In this document: piece after piece, positions 25,432-39,400 of the stretch
How the letters are laid out: the number at the start of each line of letters is the position of its first letter
Numbering within the stretch: position 1 is the first letter of the stretch
NCBI GenBank assembly: GCA_001179505.1
Contig: CDMY01001040.1
Coordinates: 124,001-188,000, forward strand
Length of the DNA stretch: 64,000 nt
Direction: 5' to 3'
Source: Vitrella brassicaformis CCMP3155
Lineage: Eukaryota; Protista; Chromerida
Position numbers and translations under genes: made by a program
Notes under the pieces: model-generated
Told to the model about the DNA's origin: nothing
What the model saw: the letters and a program-made list of their open reading frames with translations, nothing else
The model's database searches: none

Positions 25432-28400
25432 ATGAACTACAGCAGCATCCTCTCGACCACATCCATGGACCAAAGCGGCAGATCCGTCACACCATCTTCC
25501 TCCCTTCCGACAGCAACACCAGCAGCACCAGCCAACCAGCAGCAGTCAGCAGGAAGCACCCCGACTGTCGTCAAGCTCCGTGACACTCTCGACTTCCTTC
25601 AGAAGGTGACCCAGCAGCTGCAGGCAAGGGCCGACGAGAGGCTTAATTGCCTTCGCTATGGCATCAAGCAGCAGGGGCTGCGGCTCTTTCTCACGGCCAC
25701 GTCAGGGGCGGGAGGCGCGCCGCACGGCAAGAGCATCGACGGGGTGGGACTGCCTCAGCAAAGAGACCGAAGGGAAGACCTGGTGGTGCAGCTGTTGACA
25801 CAGGTGACCAACACGTGTCTGCGGCAAGACCGCAAGCCGCGCGTGAGGCTCTCGCTGCTGCCGGTGGAGGAGGGAGCAGATCCACTCGTGGAGGTCTCCT
25901 CCATGGGCGACAAAACCATCGTCACGCCAGACCATAAGCCTGAGCGGAAGGCTGTGTGCCGTCGATGGGATCAGAGGATGCGTGAGCAGGACGGTGACGG
26001 CCTCGTCAAGCAGGAGAAGGGCATCAAAGCACCGGCCGTCAGCTCATGTGAGGGGCGGGAACCACAAGGCTGTGGTGTATCATGAGCGTTACACGTCCTG
26101 TCGTTGCCGCCGGACTGTGTGTCGTGTCAGGTCCTCATGAGCTTGTGGCGGCATCGGCTTACCACTACGTGGCCAGCCTTCCTGCGTCCTTAGAGCCCAC
26201 ACCCACCACCCAGCCTCTGATGGCCCCGATCATGGTCCAAATGCCGCTACCCTGGTCCCCACAGACCATGCACTTCGCACCCGCTGCACCTAGTGCAGCT
26301 GCAGCGGCCGGCTTTGGGCCTTTCACGGGCTTTTGGCCTCCGCTGCTCAAGCCACTCGCGACCGCCTTACACTCGGCCAACGACAGTGGCGCCCCCGCCG
26401 CAGCTGCCGCTCAAGACAGATCGACGGATGCCCAGCAGTGCACCATCCCCGACCCCGTCCCCGTCGGTGGAAAGGGTGCGCCGGCTGACGAGAGCTTACC
26501 AGCCATGCGACAGGAGCAGCAGATTGGCACCGCCACCGGGGCGGCGTCGGCCAAGCAGCCAGCTGGCGAGAAGAAGCATGTCCGACACGAACGCCGGGAG
26601 GAGCATCTCGGCAGTGCTCCTGGTGCCGCGCAGCAGGGCGTCAAGGACCCCAGAAGCTCTGCAAATGCCATCCCTCAGCGGAGCAGCATGGCCGGTGCGC
26701 TTGTGGATCCACGATGTGTTCATTTGTGTATCGTGTGTGATGTTTGCGTGTCTTGTCCATCTGTCTGTCAGAGGACGGTGAGGACACTCTGTCCAGAGGC
26801 GGGGAGGGGGAGCAGGAGCGGCCGTCCAAGCCAGCTGGTTCCCGCGAGGCGGCTGACAGCGACGCTCAGGGGGAATGGTGGGTTGGTGAAAGGGATGACG
26901 GGACGACTGTGTACACAAACAGGGCGACGGGGGAGGTCAGCAAGGAGCCACCTGGGCTGAAATGCCGCCAAAACCCGCAGCCCGCGAGTGAGTACGTAGG
27001 AATCATATCAACCCACGCAATCCAATCCTCCGTCTGTCTATCGTGCGTGGCGTGCAGAAATTCCCTGGTACTCTCTTCCTAAGAAGCGCTCCCGCCGCCG
27101 TGCCAAAACAGACCTCCCGCGAGCTGCCGACGACTGGACGGAGACCGGTGGACGGTGCGATCCCTTGTCCGTCGCCGATGCAGCCGCGACAGGAGCCAAC
27201 CGCATCCCGCTCAGACCAAGGGAGCAGAGTCCATCCCGCAGGTGCCGTCCGAAGGTCGACAGGATGAGATCACGGTCGCCCTTACCGAGGCGCCGTGTCA
27301 AGCAGGGCCAAGGCGCCAAGGACGCAAGATCCTCTGCAGATGCCAAACCTGAGCCGCGCCACACGACCGGTAGGTTCACAATGACTCCATGATGTATTAT
27401 TCATTGTGTATCGTGTGCAATGCTTGTGCGTCTTGTCTATCTGTCAGGCGATGGTGAGCCTTTTCTGTCCAGGGGCGAGGAGTCACCTCGTTGGGGCGAC
27501 TTGCCTCCGGAGCCCCCTGAGAAGCCCCTCCGCCCCCGTCCTAACGCCAGATACCCGCGAGCTGCCGACGTCAAGACGGAGCCCGGTGTCACTGTCACGG
27601 GAGCCGACCCCATCCCGCTCAGACCTGTCTCTCCCGCTTCCACTCTCGGCGAAAAGACGCGTCTTGGTGAGAAGCATGAGGATGTCGACGTCGGCACACC
27701 GGCTCACGGTCGTGAGGAGAGGGGGGTGTGCCCTTCTGGCTCAGCAGCACAGTGGGCAGTTGATAAGTGTGCAGCCACAGACACAGACCAGCAGCAGCAG
27801 CAGGAGGAGGAGGAGGAGGACAAGCACCAGAAGGGCCACGAGCAGCAACATCATGATGGTGGAGATGGGAGCGAGGAAGGGATCGATGAGCTGTGGCATG
27901 GACCCGGTGTGCAGAGGGAGGATTTCGAAATCCACCACCAGCAGGCTGCCCCTGACGTCGCCATGCAGCGAGACGACAACGATGGCTGCAGTCGCGAGGG
28001 CCAGCACGACAGGTGCGGCATTGGTGCGGAGCCACCTGCGGCGGTCGCCGAGATGCTGCCGATGCAGATGAATCAGTCGATGGAGGCTGCAGACAGTCTG
28101 CATTGCAAGGAGACCAAGGAGGAGATTGCAGACAACGGTCCTACTCATGATCCCGCTCCCCCTCCCCTGCGCCCACAACGCGAGAACGAGGAGGCTGAGG
28201 TGCCTGGCAGCCATGTGGCGCTCCCGGCAGACCATGTGGCGCCCAGCGGCATCGATGAACATGTCGGCCAGCTGCACACGGACAAGGCGCCATCCGACCA
28301 GAGAATGAGTGACAGCGGTGTGGAGGGCGAGGGGGAGAAGGTGTCGGCCAAGGGGCACCACCACGAGGGCCCCTCGCCCACCAGCACGGGCACCGGTGAT

Positions 28401-30860
28401 GTGAGCAGCTCCACCAACGGTGACGCCACCAAGGGGGGTGGTGCCTCCCGTGTCAATGGCGTGGTGGCAAAGGGCGGTGCGGGCCATGCAGCACCCACCT
28501 CCAGCAAGGCTACCAGCAAGGCCGGCAGCGTCAAAAAACACAAGACGTAGGTGTGGGCAAGAAAGGGGACACGGCTGTTTGCACATCTGACGTGTTTTGT
28601 CAACTGGTCTCTTGTCTGCTGCTGTTGTGTCTGGTTCGCCAACATTATAGGTCCAATGTGAGCTTCGACCCCACTGGATCCGCGTCTGCCCCAGGGCTCA
28701 CGTCATCGTTGTCTGCGTCCCGTGCTCAGCCCCCGCCGCCGCCACTCAACGCAGCCGCCCAGACCAAGGGCCGCAGTGAGGATGGCAAACCGCTGGCCCC
28801 TCTCGCCTGCTTCAGAGGCCTGGCAGGGTTCTCATCCAAGGCCCCCAAGCCGCCACGCACCATCCCTCTCACACCATCCCTCGCCAGGTCCCCAGCCAAA
28901 AGGGTGCCGAAGCAGAAGGGGCAGAAGGAGGGGCACAAGCTCCAGCAGGCGTCAGTAGCAGAGCCGAGTTCATCCGCAGCAGCACCACCACCACCACCAG
29001 CAGCTAGCAACAAACAGCACCACCCACAGCCACAGCCGAAACCGCCTCGTTGTGAGTCAGCCCTCAAGCACCCGCAGCCCATTTCCCGCCTCCATATGGG
29101 TATGGGCGGCGGCCAGGCTGACAGCGATGACGAGCCCATCGCCAACCGGCCAAAAGGCAGGCGGCTCACCGCTCGCCCGGACCGATACACGCCTGACAAG
29201 GCCGCTAGTCATCGTGAGGATGGCCAGGGGGGGGCGGCTGCTGAGCACCGCGATGTCGAGATGGCCGACAGACAAGTGGACGACAAGGCTGCATGCCCCC
29301 GACCGCAGCGGCTGTCTGCAGTGGACAAAATGGCAGCAGAGCGGCACAAAGGCGGCTGCTCAGCTGCAGAGGTCGAGACCAAGGTTGCGGCAATCACGCC
29401 CGAGAAGCCCGAGGGCGACGATGGACTCAATCCAGAGGACAGCCATATCGGGGGCTCCCAGCTTGAGGTCTCTGTCGACAGCAAGGCGTCCATCGTTGGG
29501 CCATCAACCAGTCGCCGCTCCCCTGTCCCTTTGGAGGCCGACTTTGAGGCAACTCTCAAGACCAAGAGAGACACCGACGCGGCATTTGCTGGCCTGGAGG
29601 TGTCATATGCCCGCAGCGACAGCAGAGAAGACGCCTTCACTGTGACGGTTGGCACCTTTGACGACGGCTCCCGTGAGCGCTTCTACGTCCAGGCTGATGT
29701 GGTGCGTCGGGGGAGCTGGGGCTTCTCAGGTAGGGTGGTGGGTCGATGGGCGAACACCAAACACAGACAGACACAACGCATCGACACATCTGTCTGTCTG
29801 TCTGCGCTCGATCAGACATCATGAAAAAGGTCTGCCGAGCTGTCGGGCTGCACGGGCGCCCACCTGACCTGGCCTTTTATGAGTTCGTCAAGGACCCAAG
29901 CGGCCGCCGTCTGCTGCAGGGCAAGAAGCAAGCCAACAAGAGCAAGACCGATCAGGTCGGACAGCTGGACGGACCCGGCGTCTCTCGTCAGCACCCACAC
30001 TACCTTCCGGCCCACCCCAAGCGGAAGCCACTTGAGCGTGCGGGAGTGAGCAGCCCGCCGATAGCCGTGGCTGGTTCTGTCGATGGGCATGTTGGTCGGC
30101 GCGGCCTCGCAGCCACGCCATCCGAGCAGGAGAACGAGTGCAGGGAGATTTGGCGCGCGCTGTGCACGCCCGGCAAGGGCCGGGATCCTGGTGCGTATCA
30201 GAGGCTGAAGAAGATGGCCGTCTTCTCCCGCAACGTCTACTCGCAGCACGATCAGGCTGTCCGTGTGCGCGTCGGCCCCTTCGTTCAGGACACCGGGATC
30301 GATCTGTACGTCGAGGGGGAGATGTTCAGGAGCCAACTGTCACGCCGCACACGCTCATCGCAGGCCAACGGGGGATGGCAGCTGTCGCCATGGCTGCTCC
30401 CCGACAAGCTGAGGATGGTCGATGAGAGAGGTGCGCAGCTGCTCGACAACCCTCCACCCGGAGCATCTGTCGTCACGGCAGTGAGGGACGGCGCGACGAT
30501 CCACATCATCCGCGACGATTGTCTGAAGGATGTCAGTGACGTCAGCCACTCAGAACGGCGGACGGACAAGAGCCCGTCAGCGCAGCACGACCCTTCGACG
30601 CTTCTCTCGGCCACCCTGACGTCTGAGTCAGCCAAGCTGCCCTCGGCTCCCGCGGGCATGGCGGCTTCCGCCGCGCCCTCGGCCCCATTGGTGGGCGATG
30701 GTTGGGGGATGGTGGTTGATGGGGTCTCGCTGGGCAAGCGGAAGGCGCATGAGCCGCCCGTGGCTGAGGGAGAGGGGGAGTGCCGATCGACCAAGGTGCA
30801 CAAGACAGGTGGGCGACGTACTCACTCTGTCGATTTAGGTGCCGTCTGTATGTGTCGCCT

Positions 30861-30892
<32 letters not shown>

Positions 30893-31444
30893 CTAACCTG
30901 TTGATCAGATGATGGTGGTGTTGCGGTGGATGGTAGTGGGGATGTCGCTGCTGCCTGTGTCAAGAAGGTGGCACTGGAAGAGTTGGATGTGGCGGATGTC
31001 AAGCTGGCGTTGGAGAAACTGTTCGAGAATGACCCGAAGCTACTGCGCATCCTGGTGGAGAAACTGGAGGAGGTACCTACGTGGCAAATCGACAACGAGT
31101 AGATTGCTGGTGGCCGCGTGTATGTGTGTGTGTTGGTTGGTTGCCTGTGTGCCTGCCTGCCTGCAGCAAGCTATTGACGGGGCGGCGTTGGCGGGGACGA
31201 CTGAGGAGGATTGGAAGAACCTGTGGGGCGCGTCGCTGAAGATGGGACCCCGCATCAAGCTGAGGCAATGGGTGAAGAGTGCAAGACTACATGGGGTAAG
31301 TCAGTGTGGCTGGCACGCGACAGACACATAAATGCCACCAAGGACAGGCACACATCGATAGCTCACCTACCACTCTGTGTGTGTCTGCAGGTGGAGGTGC
31401 CCCAGTCGAGTGCGTCGAAGGATAACAATACCGCCATGCAGTGA
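25432..31444 (+). CDS. Cluster gene 2: N-terminal AP2-like segment, WW-like motif, two uncharacterised domains, C-terminal SAM
   Basis: Phase-compatible junctions read at 28547, 29729, 30809, 31073, 31295; SAM IDGAALAGTTEEDWKNLWGASLKMGPRIKLRQWV; ends G|VEVPQ..MQ*. Confidence 0.75.
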
Positions 31445-32409
31445 CAGCCCACCGGTGGACCACAATCGAACGCACATACATGGTCAGCCCTCTGGCGTAT
31501 TGTTTTCCCGTCAGCGGCGGTGTGTGTGTGTTACTCTCAGATCATTACTACACTGTCCCCGTTTCCGCTGGCTGGGCGATGCGACGACCGGCCCCACCCT
31601 GACTGATCCCTTGTTTGTGTGCACAGCAATACATGTTGGAGGGGCGAGTCCATCTCACTGCCTTTGTCTGCTGACCGATTGACTGACGATGGGCCTTCAT
31701 TGTGCATGTATGTGTTCAGTTCATGTGTGGCGTCAATCTATCGGATTCATCCCATCCACGTGCTGATGGGTGTGTGTGTATCTGGCGACCGACATTTTCT
31801 CGAGTGTCCGTGGCCAAAGGTATCCTATCCTGCCTCTCGTGTTCGTGTGTGTGTGTGTGTCTATCGGAATATAAGCGTACTTACGTCCACACGTACATTT
31901 GTCAACCAACGGAGGTGAGCGAGCGAGCGGGTGGGGTCGGGCGGCGGTATGCGGTGCGTTTTGCCATCCCTCCCTCCCTCCACAGCTCAGATCAACCTCG
32001 GTGTGTCCATCGGTGTGTCCTGACTGCGTACCGCTTTAATTTATGTATCCGTGTGTATGTCTGCCGATGAGATGAGTTCTCGTTGTCCATACCGGGGGGT
32101 GGGCGGCTGGGTGAATAGATGCCTGGCGTGGCGTGTCGTGGGTGCGTTTTTGTCGTGTCGATCGGAGCGTGGCAGCCAGGCGCTATAGACGACGTGTGCA
32201 GAGCAGAGACGCGTGCATCCCAAGTGATATACTCATACATGCATGCGGTTGAGCAGTTGATGGGTCCGCCAGCCATGGCGCACATACAAATCGCATCAGT
32301 TTGCTGGCCTATTCGGCCCACCCAGCCAGCTGCTCTGCAAATGTGTGCATGTCATGTATGTCAATCGCACACTAGATGTGTGTGATGCCCTGAATGCCTT
32401 CCCCCCCCC

Positions 32410-32709
32410 NNNNNNNNNNNNNNNNNNNNNNNNNNNNNNNNNNNNNNNNNNNNNNNNNNNNNNNNNNNNNNNNNNNNNNNNNNNNNNNNNNNNNNNNNNN
32501 NNNNNNNNNNNNNNNNNNNNNNNNNNNNNNNNNNNNNNNNNNNNNNNNNNNNNNNNNNNNNNNNNNNNNNNNNNNNNNNNNNNNNNNNNNNNNNNNNNNN
32601 NNNNNNNNNNNNNNNNNNNNNNNNNNNNNNNNNNNNNNNNNNNNNNNNNNNNNNNNNNNNNNNNNNNNNNNNNNNNNNNNNNNNNNNNNNNNNNNNNNNN
32701 NNNNNNNNN
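32410..32709. other. Assembly gap (300 N) flanked by poly-C and (CT)n
   Basis: Run of N in the sequence. Confidence 1.
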
Positions 32710-32714
32710 CCCCC

Positions 32715-32750
<36 letters not shown>

Positions 32751-33465
32751 CCCCCTCTCTGTGGCCGGCCCGGCCATGCACTCACTGCACCAAAGGCACA
32801 ACCAACCAACCCACACGCATCGCATACACATATCGGCCGGCGCCACACCAATAGAATTACACGCGCGCCAAGCCAAACACCCACCCGTGTAAGTATGAGA
32901 GTAGCTGGCTGGCTGGCTGGCTGGCTGGCTTCATAAATATACATACCACTTAGTGTGCGTCACGTACGGATGCCATGCAGCACGGCACGGCACGGCACGG
33001 CACCAAAACGTGTGTGCATCGAATGAATCGATGGACAGACATGTCCATGTAGCTGGGCAGCTTTCACGTCACGTCACGTCATGCATCGATTCGATCGGTC
33101 ACCAAACAAAGCACACGCCATACCATACCATGCCATGCCATGCCACATGCATCCATCGCCCGATAAGATAGATAAAGTCGAGCATGATGCATGCCATGGC
33201 TTGGAGACGTCCACCTGGCCACGCCTCGCCTCACCCCACCCCGCCAGCCAAGTAATCCAATGCAACCAACAATCAGTCAGCGAATTGATTTGTGCTATGC
33301 TACCTACTGCATCCATCGGTAATGAAGAATGAGAGTGCCCCGGGCAATACCCTAGGCAAAAATCGCTCCAGCAGTATGCCGCCCTCCCTCCCTCCCTCCC
33401 TGAGTGAGAGTGAGTGCGGCAGATAGATAGACACCTCATGCGTGTCTGTCGTGTCCCAATCCTAC

Positions 33466-36400
33466 CTACGACAAAGGCACCTCCACCTGAAGCCACCCAC
33501 CACCAACACACAACCACACACAGACAGACAGACAGGGATATGACGTACTGACGACCCCATCAGCCTAGCTGGCCAGGCCGCCTGCTTCGTGTAAGTGTAC
33601 CCCACCCACCCCGTCTCTTTTGGAGTCATTGATCCACTTGGAGAGGAGGTTCCTGAGGAGCAAGACAAGACACGACACGACGCGCGATGAGATATCTAGA
33701 TTTGTGGAGGCTTGGCGAACAGACGAGATGCGTGCGTGCATCGAACGAGCTTACCGCAGTCCGAATTCCTCCATCCTGACACATTCGCACACACACACAC
33801 ACACACACGCAGAAAGAGATGCTTAGCTCCCTCCGTGTGAGTAGGTAGGTGCTGTGTGCGGGGCGTTACTTGAGCTCGGTGGAGAGTTGGCTCTGCTGGA
33901 GGCTGCTCAACGCATTGCCGTCCAGCCGTTGCTGCAGTAAGTGAGGCAGGCCATGCCAGGCAACACAAATGGTGATTGAAGTGTAAGAGGTGGGTGGGCT
34001 ACGTGCGGTGCCTCGGTCGGGTCGGTTTGCGTACCGTATCGACATATTTGATGAGCTCGGCCGCCAGCGGCCTGGTGCGGCTCAGGTGGCTGAAGACAGC
34101 GCGGACCTCATCCACCGACAGCTCCTCAAGTCTCTTCTTGATAATGGTGCCAGGTGGACTGGCAGCTCCAGCACCACCTGCAGCACCACCTGCAGGTGAG
34201 GCAGCAGCCGAGGCAGGCTGCCCCTGTGTATCGTCCAACCCTGACAGCAGGCAGAGCAGAGCAGACACAGAACGTCATGACAAATCCATTCGCTGACTCG
34301 CCACGTCATCCCTCCCCTCCCACCTGTCTTGTGTTTCTTGTGCTTAAGATCACTGTCAGCACCGCCGTCCAGCCCCCGCTTCGCCCCTGCACCCCCACCA
34401 CCAGCGACGCCGTTCCGTCTGTGACCGCTGGCTGCCGACCGTGCATCCGACTCGCTCGCGGCCATCTTCTCATCCACAGCTGCGCACACACACACACATT
34501 CGCATATACAGAGGAGCAACCGACACAGAGGGAGGTGATCGTCAGGCGGCTGCCACCGAAACAGCTCCCTCCCTCTCCCTCTTTGTACCGATCTGTCTGT
34601 TGGTCTGTCTCGTCCGTCTGTAACGGCTCCCGTCGTAGCGCACAATCCTCTGGTCACCGTCCACGATCATGGTGGCATCCGTCGAGCTGATGAGCTGACC
34701 GAACTCCTCCCTCTGCGCCTCCCGCAGCCTCTCCACAAGCCACTGCGACACCTCCCACTGGTGCTGGCCTCCTGACGGGTTGCGATGAAAGTCTCCCTCG
34801 ATATAAATGTCGCTTCCGGGGCCGAAGGGGCCGATGCGCGCGACGACCGCCTCCTCGTGGCTGCTTGACGGGTTGTGCTCCAATCGCGCCTTGTCCTCGA
34901 GGCCGTCGTAGGCCGCGTCGTGCTCTGCAGATCGCGGATCGCACAGCCGATACCATAGCTCCTGACATTGGGCAACTTGCTCTGAGATGGAGGTGCAGGG
35001 ACGCTTGTGGTCGGTCTTGCCGCGCTTCGGTCGGGTCAGTCGGGAGGACGCTGTGGGTGGAGATGAGCGGGGAGCTCGACGGAGTGGCGAGGAGGGCAGC
35101 CCGCTGTTGAGGCCCTTGCGCTTGCCACCCTTGCCGGTCCCCTTGCCACCTCCCAATCCCTCCTTGGCCCAACCCTTGCGCGCCTCGCGCGTCTCCTGGA
35201 GGACTTGAATGGCCCTGTCGCCCTCGAGCTTGACCTCGGTGACGGTATATTGGCTGGGGAGGGGCCCGACAGCTCCCCAGCTCTCTGCTCGCTTCATCGT
35301 TCGCTGGATCTTGAGCCGCAAGTTGTTGTTGTACCACTGCTCCTTGCCTCGGGAGGGATCCCGGTGGACGTCGGCCTGCACGTAGTAATCCCTGTTGGCA
35401 CCGAAGTGGAACGGGCCGATGGTACATGTGACGGCCTCCTCGTGCTTGCTGGCCGAGGAGTTGTCCGCAAAGTACGCCTCCACACCAGCAAACAGGTCAC
35501 CGGTAAAGATGCCGCCCTCCGACTTGGATCGCCACAGTTCTCGGACCTCCTCGACGATCGCCTCCCTCTGTCGTCTCGGTGGTGGGGCTGTGTGGGGCGC
35601 TCCAGGCTGCTGGACGGGGGGCGATGCAGGCCGTCCCGCCTCGCTGGCAGCAGCTGCCGCACTGGCCGTTGGTCTCCCTCCAGCGTCGCCTGCGGCGTCA
35701 CGCCGCTGGGCAGGGTCGCTCTTGGCCACCAGGATGCGCTTGCCGTCCATCCAGACCTCGTTGAAGCCACCCGGAGAGCTCTGACCCGTCCGCGCCCTGT
35801 CGTGGGCCCGTTGGATCTTCTCCTTCAACTTGCTGAAGTACCATCTGGAGTTGCTCTGGCTCGGGTTGCGGTACACCTCGCCCCTGATGTGGTATGTGCC
35901 CAGGATGGGGTCGTTGAACGGGCCAACGATGACTGCACACACGCACAAACACACACACACACGCTCAGACATCAGATACGGCGAACAGCGACACATCTGT
36001 CTGTCCATCTATCTTTTCCGTGTTGCGTCGGTCCATACGTACCAGTGACGGCCTCCTCGTGATGGCTGGTGGGATTGTGGACGCACTCGCACTCAAGGCC
36101 GATGAACATCTCCTCAGACGCCTTGCACTTCTTGTGGATGATGTCCCTGACCTCCTGCTCCATCTCATGAGGTTGGCGGCGCTGTCGAGGCTGCGATGAC
36201 ATGGCCAACTTGGCGTCGATGACGGGGAGCTTGTGCTTGCCATCCGCCGGGCGGCCCTTTTTGGTGCTGTTGTTGCTCCTCCTGCCGTGGGGGTTGTGGC
36301 TGAGCACTCGTCTGCCGCGCAACGTGACGAGGGAGTGCACGCCCGAGTTGAAGCCCGCGTGAATGCGCAGCCTGGTCCTGCGTGCGGCTGATTGCAGAGA

Positions 36401-39400
36401 GCCGAACTCCCACCACTGCTTCTTACGATCGGTCCGCTGGTACACCTCCGCCCGGACATAGAATTCCTCCTCGTGCTCTCCATCGACCTTGCCACGGAAC
36501 GGGCCGATCTCCACCACTACTGCCCTGGAATGCTTGCTCTTGGAGTTGTACGTGAAGTCTGCCTCCAGGCCGGCGAACAGCGCATCGTACAAGGCGCTCC
36601 CGTCAGTGGTCTTGGCCTGCCAGGCATCCTTGACCTCGGCCACCGCAGCGGCCATTTCCTCCGGTGAAGGCTCATTTGGCCGGGGCGATGCGGCCTTGTC
36701 GTCCTCTTGTCTGTCGGCCATCTCGACATCGCGGTGCTCACCAGCCGCCCCCCCATGGCCATCCTCACCATGACCAGCGGCCTTGTCAGGCGTGTATCGG
36801 TCCGGGCGAGCGGTGAGCCGTTTGCCTTTTGGCCGGTTGGCGATGGGCTCGTCATCGCTGTCAGCCTGACCCCCGCCTATGTCGACGTCGAGGGGTGACT
36901 CGGAAGGGGGGCGGGGCGAATCACGGGATTGGGGTGGGGAGGCCGACTCGTCGGCGGCCATTGGACGATCAACGGGTTCAGTCGGCAGCTGTTTGGCATC
37001 ACCACCAGCGGCAGCGGCAGCAGCAGCCACACTGCTCCCGGGCGTCTCCTTCGCGTGTTCAGCATCGTCATCGTCCGTCATGGCGTCTCCATTGTTGCCC
37101 TTGGGTGAAGCGTCAGGAGCTGGTGAGCCAGAGGGACCAGGCGAGGGATCTGCGTCGGCCTTGGGCTGCTGGCCGCTCTCCCCTGCGGACCCGTCACACC
37201 CCTCGGGCCTGACAAGAGCAGCCATGTGACCATGAGGGGCGGCGGGCCCCACATGAGAGGCACGATGGTTCTTCTCCTCGTCCTCGCTGGCGCCACCGTG
37301 CTCCCAGGCATCCAGAGCTCCCTGCAGGAGGTTATAGGTCTTGCCCGCCACATCAGGCCCGCCCGCCTCTGCCTCATCTCGGGCACCGTCGCCCTCACCC
37401 TCACCCACGCCAGGCCGCTGCCCGTCATGGCCCATCTCCCCTCGCATGGCCGTGTCGGCATCGTCACTCGCATTCTTCTGGACCGGCATCTGGTGTGCTG
37501 CCTCGGGCGGGTCGAGACTGTCGAATGGATCAACAGACGGGGACGACTCGTGACGGAGGGCGTCGACATGGCTATTGGGGGCCTTGCTGTCCGCCTCACT
37601 CTGAGGCAGGATGGGAGGGGGAGCCGGCACACGAGGAGGAATGTCGTCAGTGAACGTCGTTCCATCATGCGCAGCACTAGGGGCCTCCAGCAGACGGCGA
37701 GATGACATGGGATGATCAGTTGGCTCCTTCGGCGGCTGCTCGCCATCTGGGTGCGTCTCGACAGCCACGCCGACGGAACGATCAGCCTCCAGTGACCCCC
37801 CAACGGCCACGGGCAACCTGCAGGCACCACACAGACAGAAGGAAGTTTTCCATAGGAAGTTTTCCAAAGAGATGGCCTAGGTGAGGTGCAGTGAGTGCGT
37901 CTGGCCACCCGCGGGCGCAGCGCACCTGGCCTCGTCGACACTACTGTTGGGCTTCTCTTCGGTGCACTCATTGTCCTTGCTGTCCGTCGGCATGGGACCT
38001 CCACTGTCGCCCTTGGCCGTCAGGCCATCCGCCACCTCAACAGCATCGGGCTGCTTGCTGCGCTCTCCTTCGGCAGAAGCACCCACGCTGTCGTGGGGGC
38101 CGGCTTGCGTAGCGGATGAACGATGCTGCGGCTGCGGCTGCTCTGCATCCATCGCATCTCCATCCTCAGGGGGGCCATGGTCTTGGATGGCCGTGTCGGG
38201 CCCGACACACGCATCGGCGAGCACAGGCTTCTGATGCGCCGACATGGGTGGGGGCTGCTCGTTGTCTTGTGGACTGACTGACGGTGGGGGTCCGTGACTG
38301 GTAAGTGGGGCCATGGCGGTAGCTCCGGGTGCAACGTTGACAGCAGGAAGCCCCCTCGGCTGGGTGCCCGCATCTCTGACCTTGGCTTCCTGTTTCTGAC
38401 ACGGTGAATGAGCAGCACCCTCGTCCGCGGCCTCGTCCTGCCTCATCGTCTCGCGTTCCAGGTTGACCCGGGAGGGCCGTGCCGCTTTGAGGGTCGCAGG
38501 TGCCACGTGATGCGGGGGTTGCGGAGTCGGTCGAGCTTTGACCTTCTTGTCTCTGTGCTCTGCGTGTCTGTGGTCTTGGGGCTGCATGAGGATGTCACTG
38601 GCGTCCCAGCCCACACGTCTGTCACCTGCTGACAAAAGCCAGCAACGATAGATACAACCAACTGACATGGATGTGTCAGGCCTGTACTCCCTGATGTGCG
38701 TTGGTGCATGCGTACCCACCCTGCTCTGATGGGCAAAGATCCGACACCGCCTGGTCGCCAGAGGCAGATTCACCACCGCCACCAGCCGCTGCCCCCTGGG
38801 TAGCTCTCTCAGCCGGTCGCTGCTGGCCGCGAGGACGAGGGGGGCTTATGACGGCCTGGACGCCCCCACCTCTGCCTCTGGCACTCCCCTCCATCAAGGC
38901 ATCCTGCAGCTGGTCGATCGCCGGCCCCCGATCCCGACCCCGCCCGCCACGACCCTGCCGCTCGGCTGCATTGCCGTCGGGCTCGTCATCTGACAGCTCG
39001 ATACAGACGGGCGGCTCCTTGTTGACGGAGGGGGCCGCCGCGGTGGTGGCGCCAGTCTGCTGGGCATTGCTCGTGAAGGGTGGCCTGTGCGCAGGCGGCG
39101 GACGGGGCGGGCCTCTGAGGCTCCTCATCGGAGGCCTCATTGGTAAGGGGGGTGGCGAGAATGGGGGCAGGCTGGGTGGTGAGAATGATGGCGCGTTGGG
39201 GGGCCTGTTGGTCGCAAGGTGAGAGGGCGGAGGGCGCATTGGCATCCTGAGATTCATCGGGTCTATCGTCGGCGGTCTCAGACTGACAGTAAAGACACCT
39301 CTGCCGCCAGCCGAGAGAACGCTCTTGTTCGCCGTTGCAGGCCGCGAGATGGGAGGGCCTTGATTGCTGGCATGCTGTGGCTGCAATGGCAACGCTCTCC

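Noticed and set aside
32296-32944. ORFs spanning the N run
   Set aside because: Artefacts of translating N as X.
32950-33260. TGCATG/CACGT-rich tract resembling ApiAP2 binding sites
   Set aside because: Lies between two convergent 3' ends and consists largely of pentamer microsatellites (CACGG, CATGC, CACGT).
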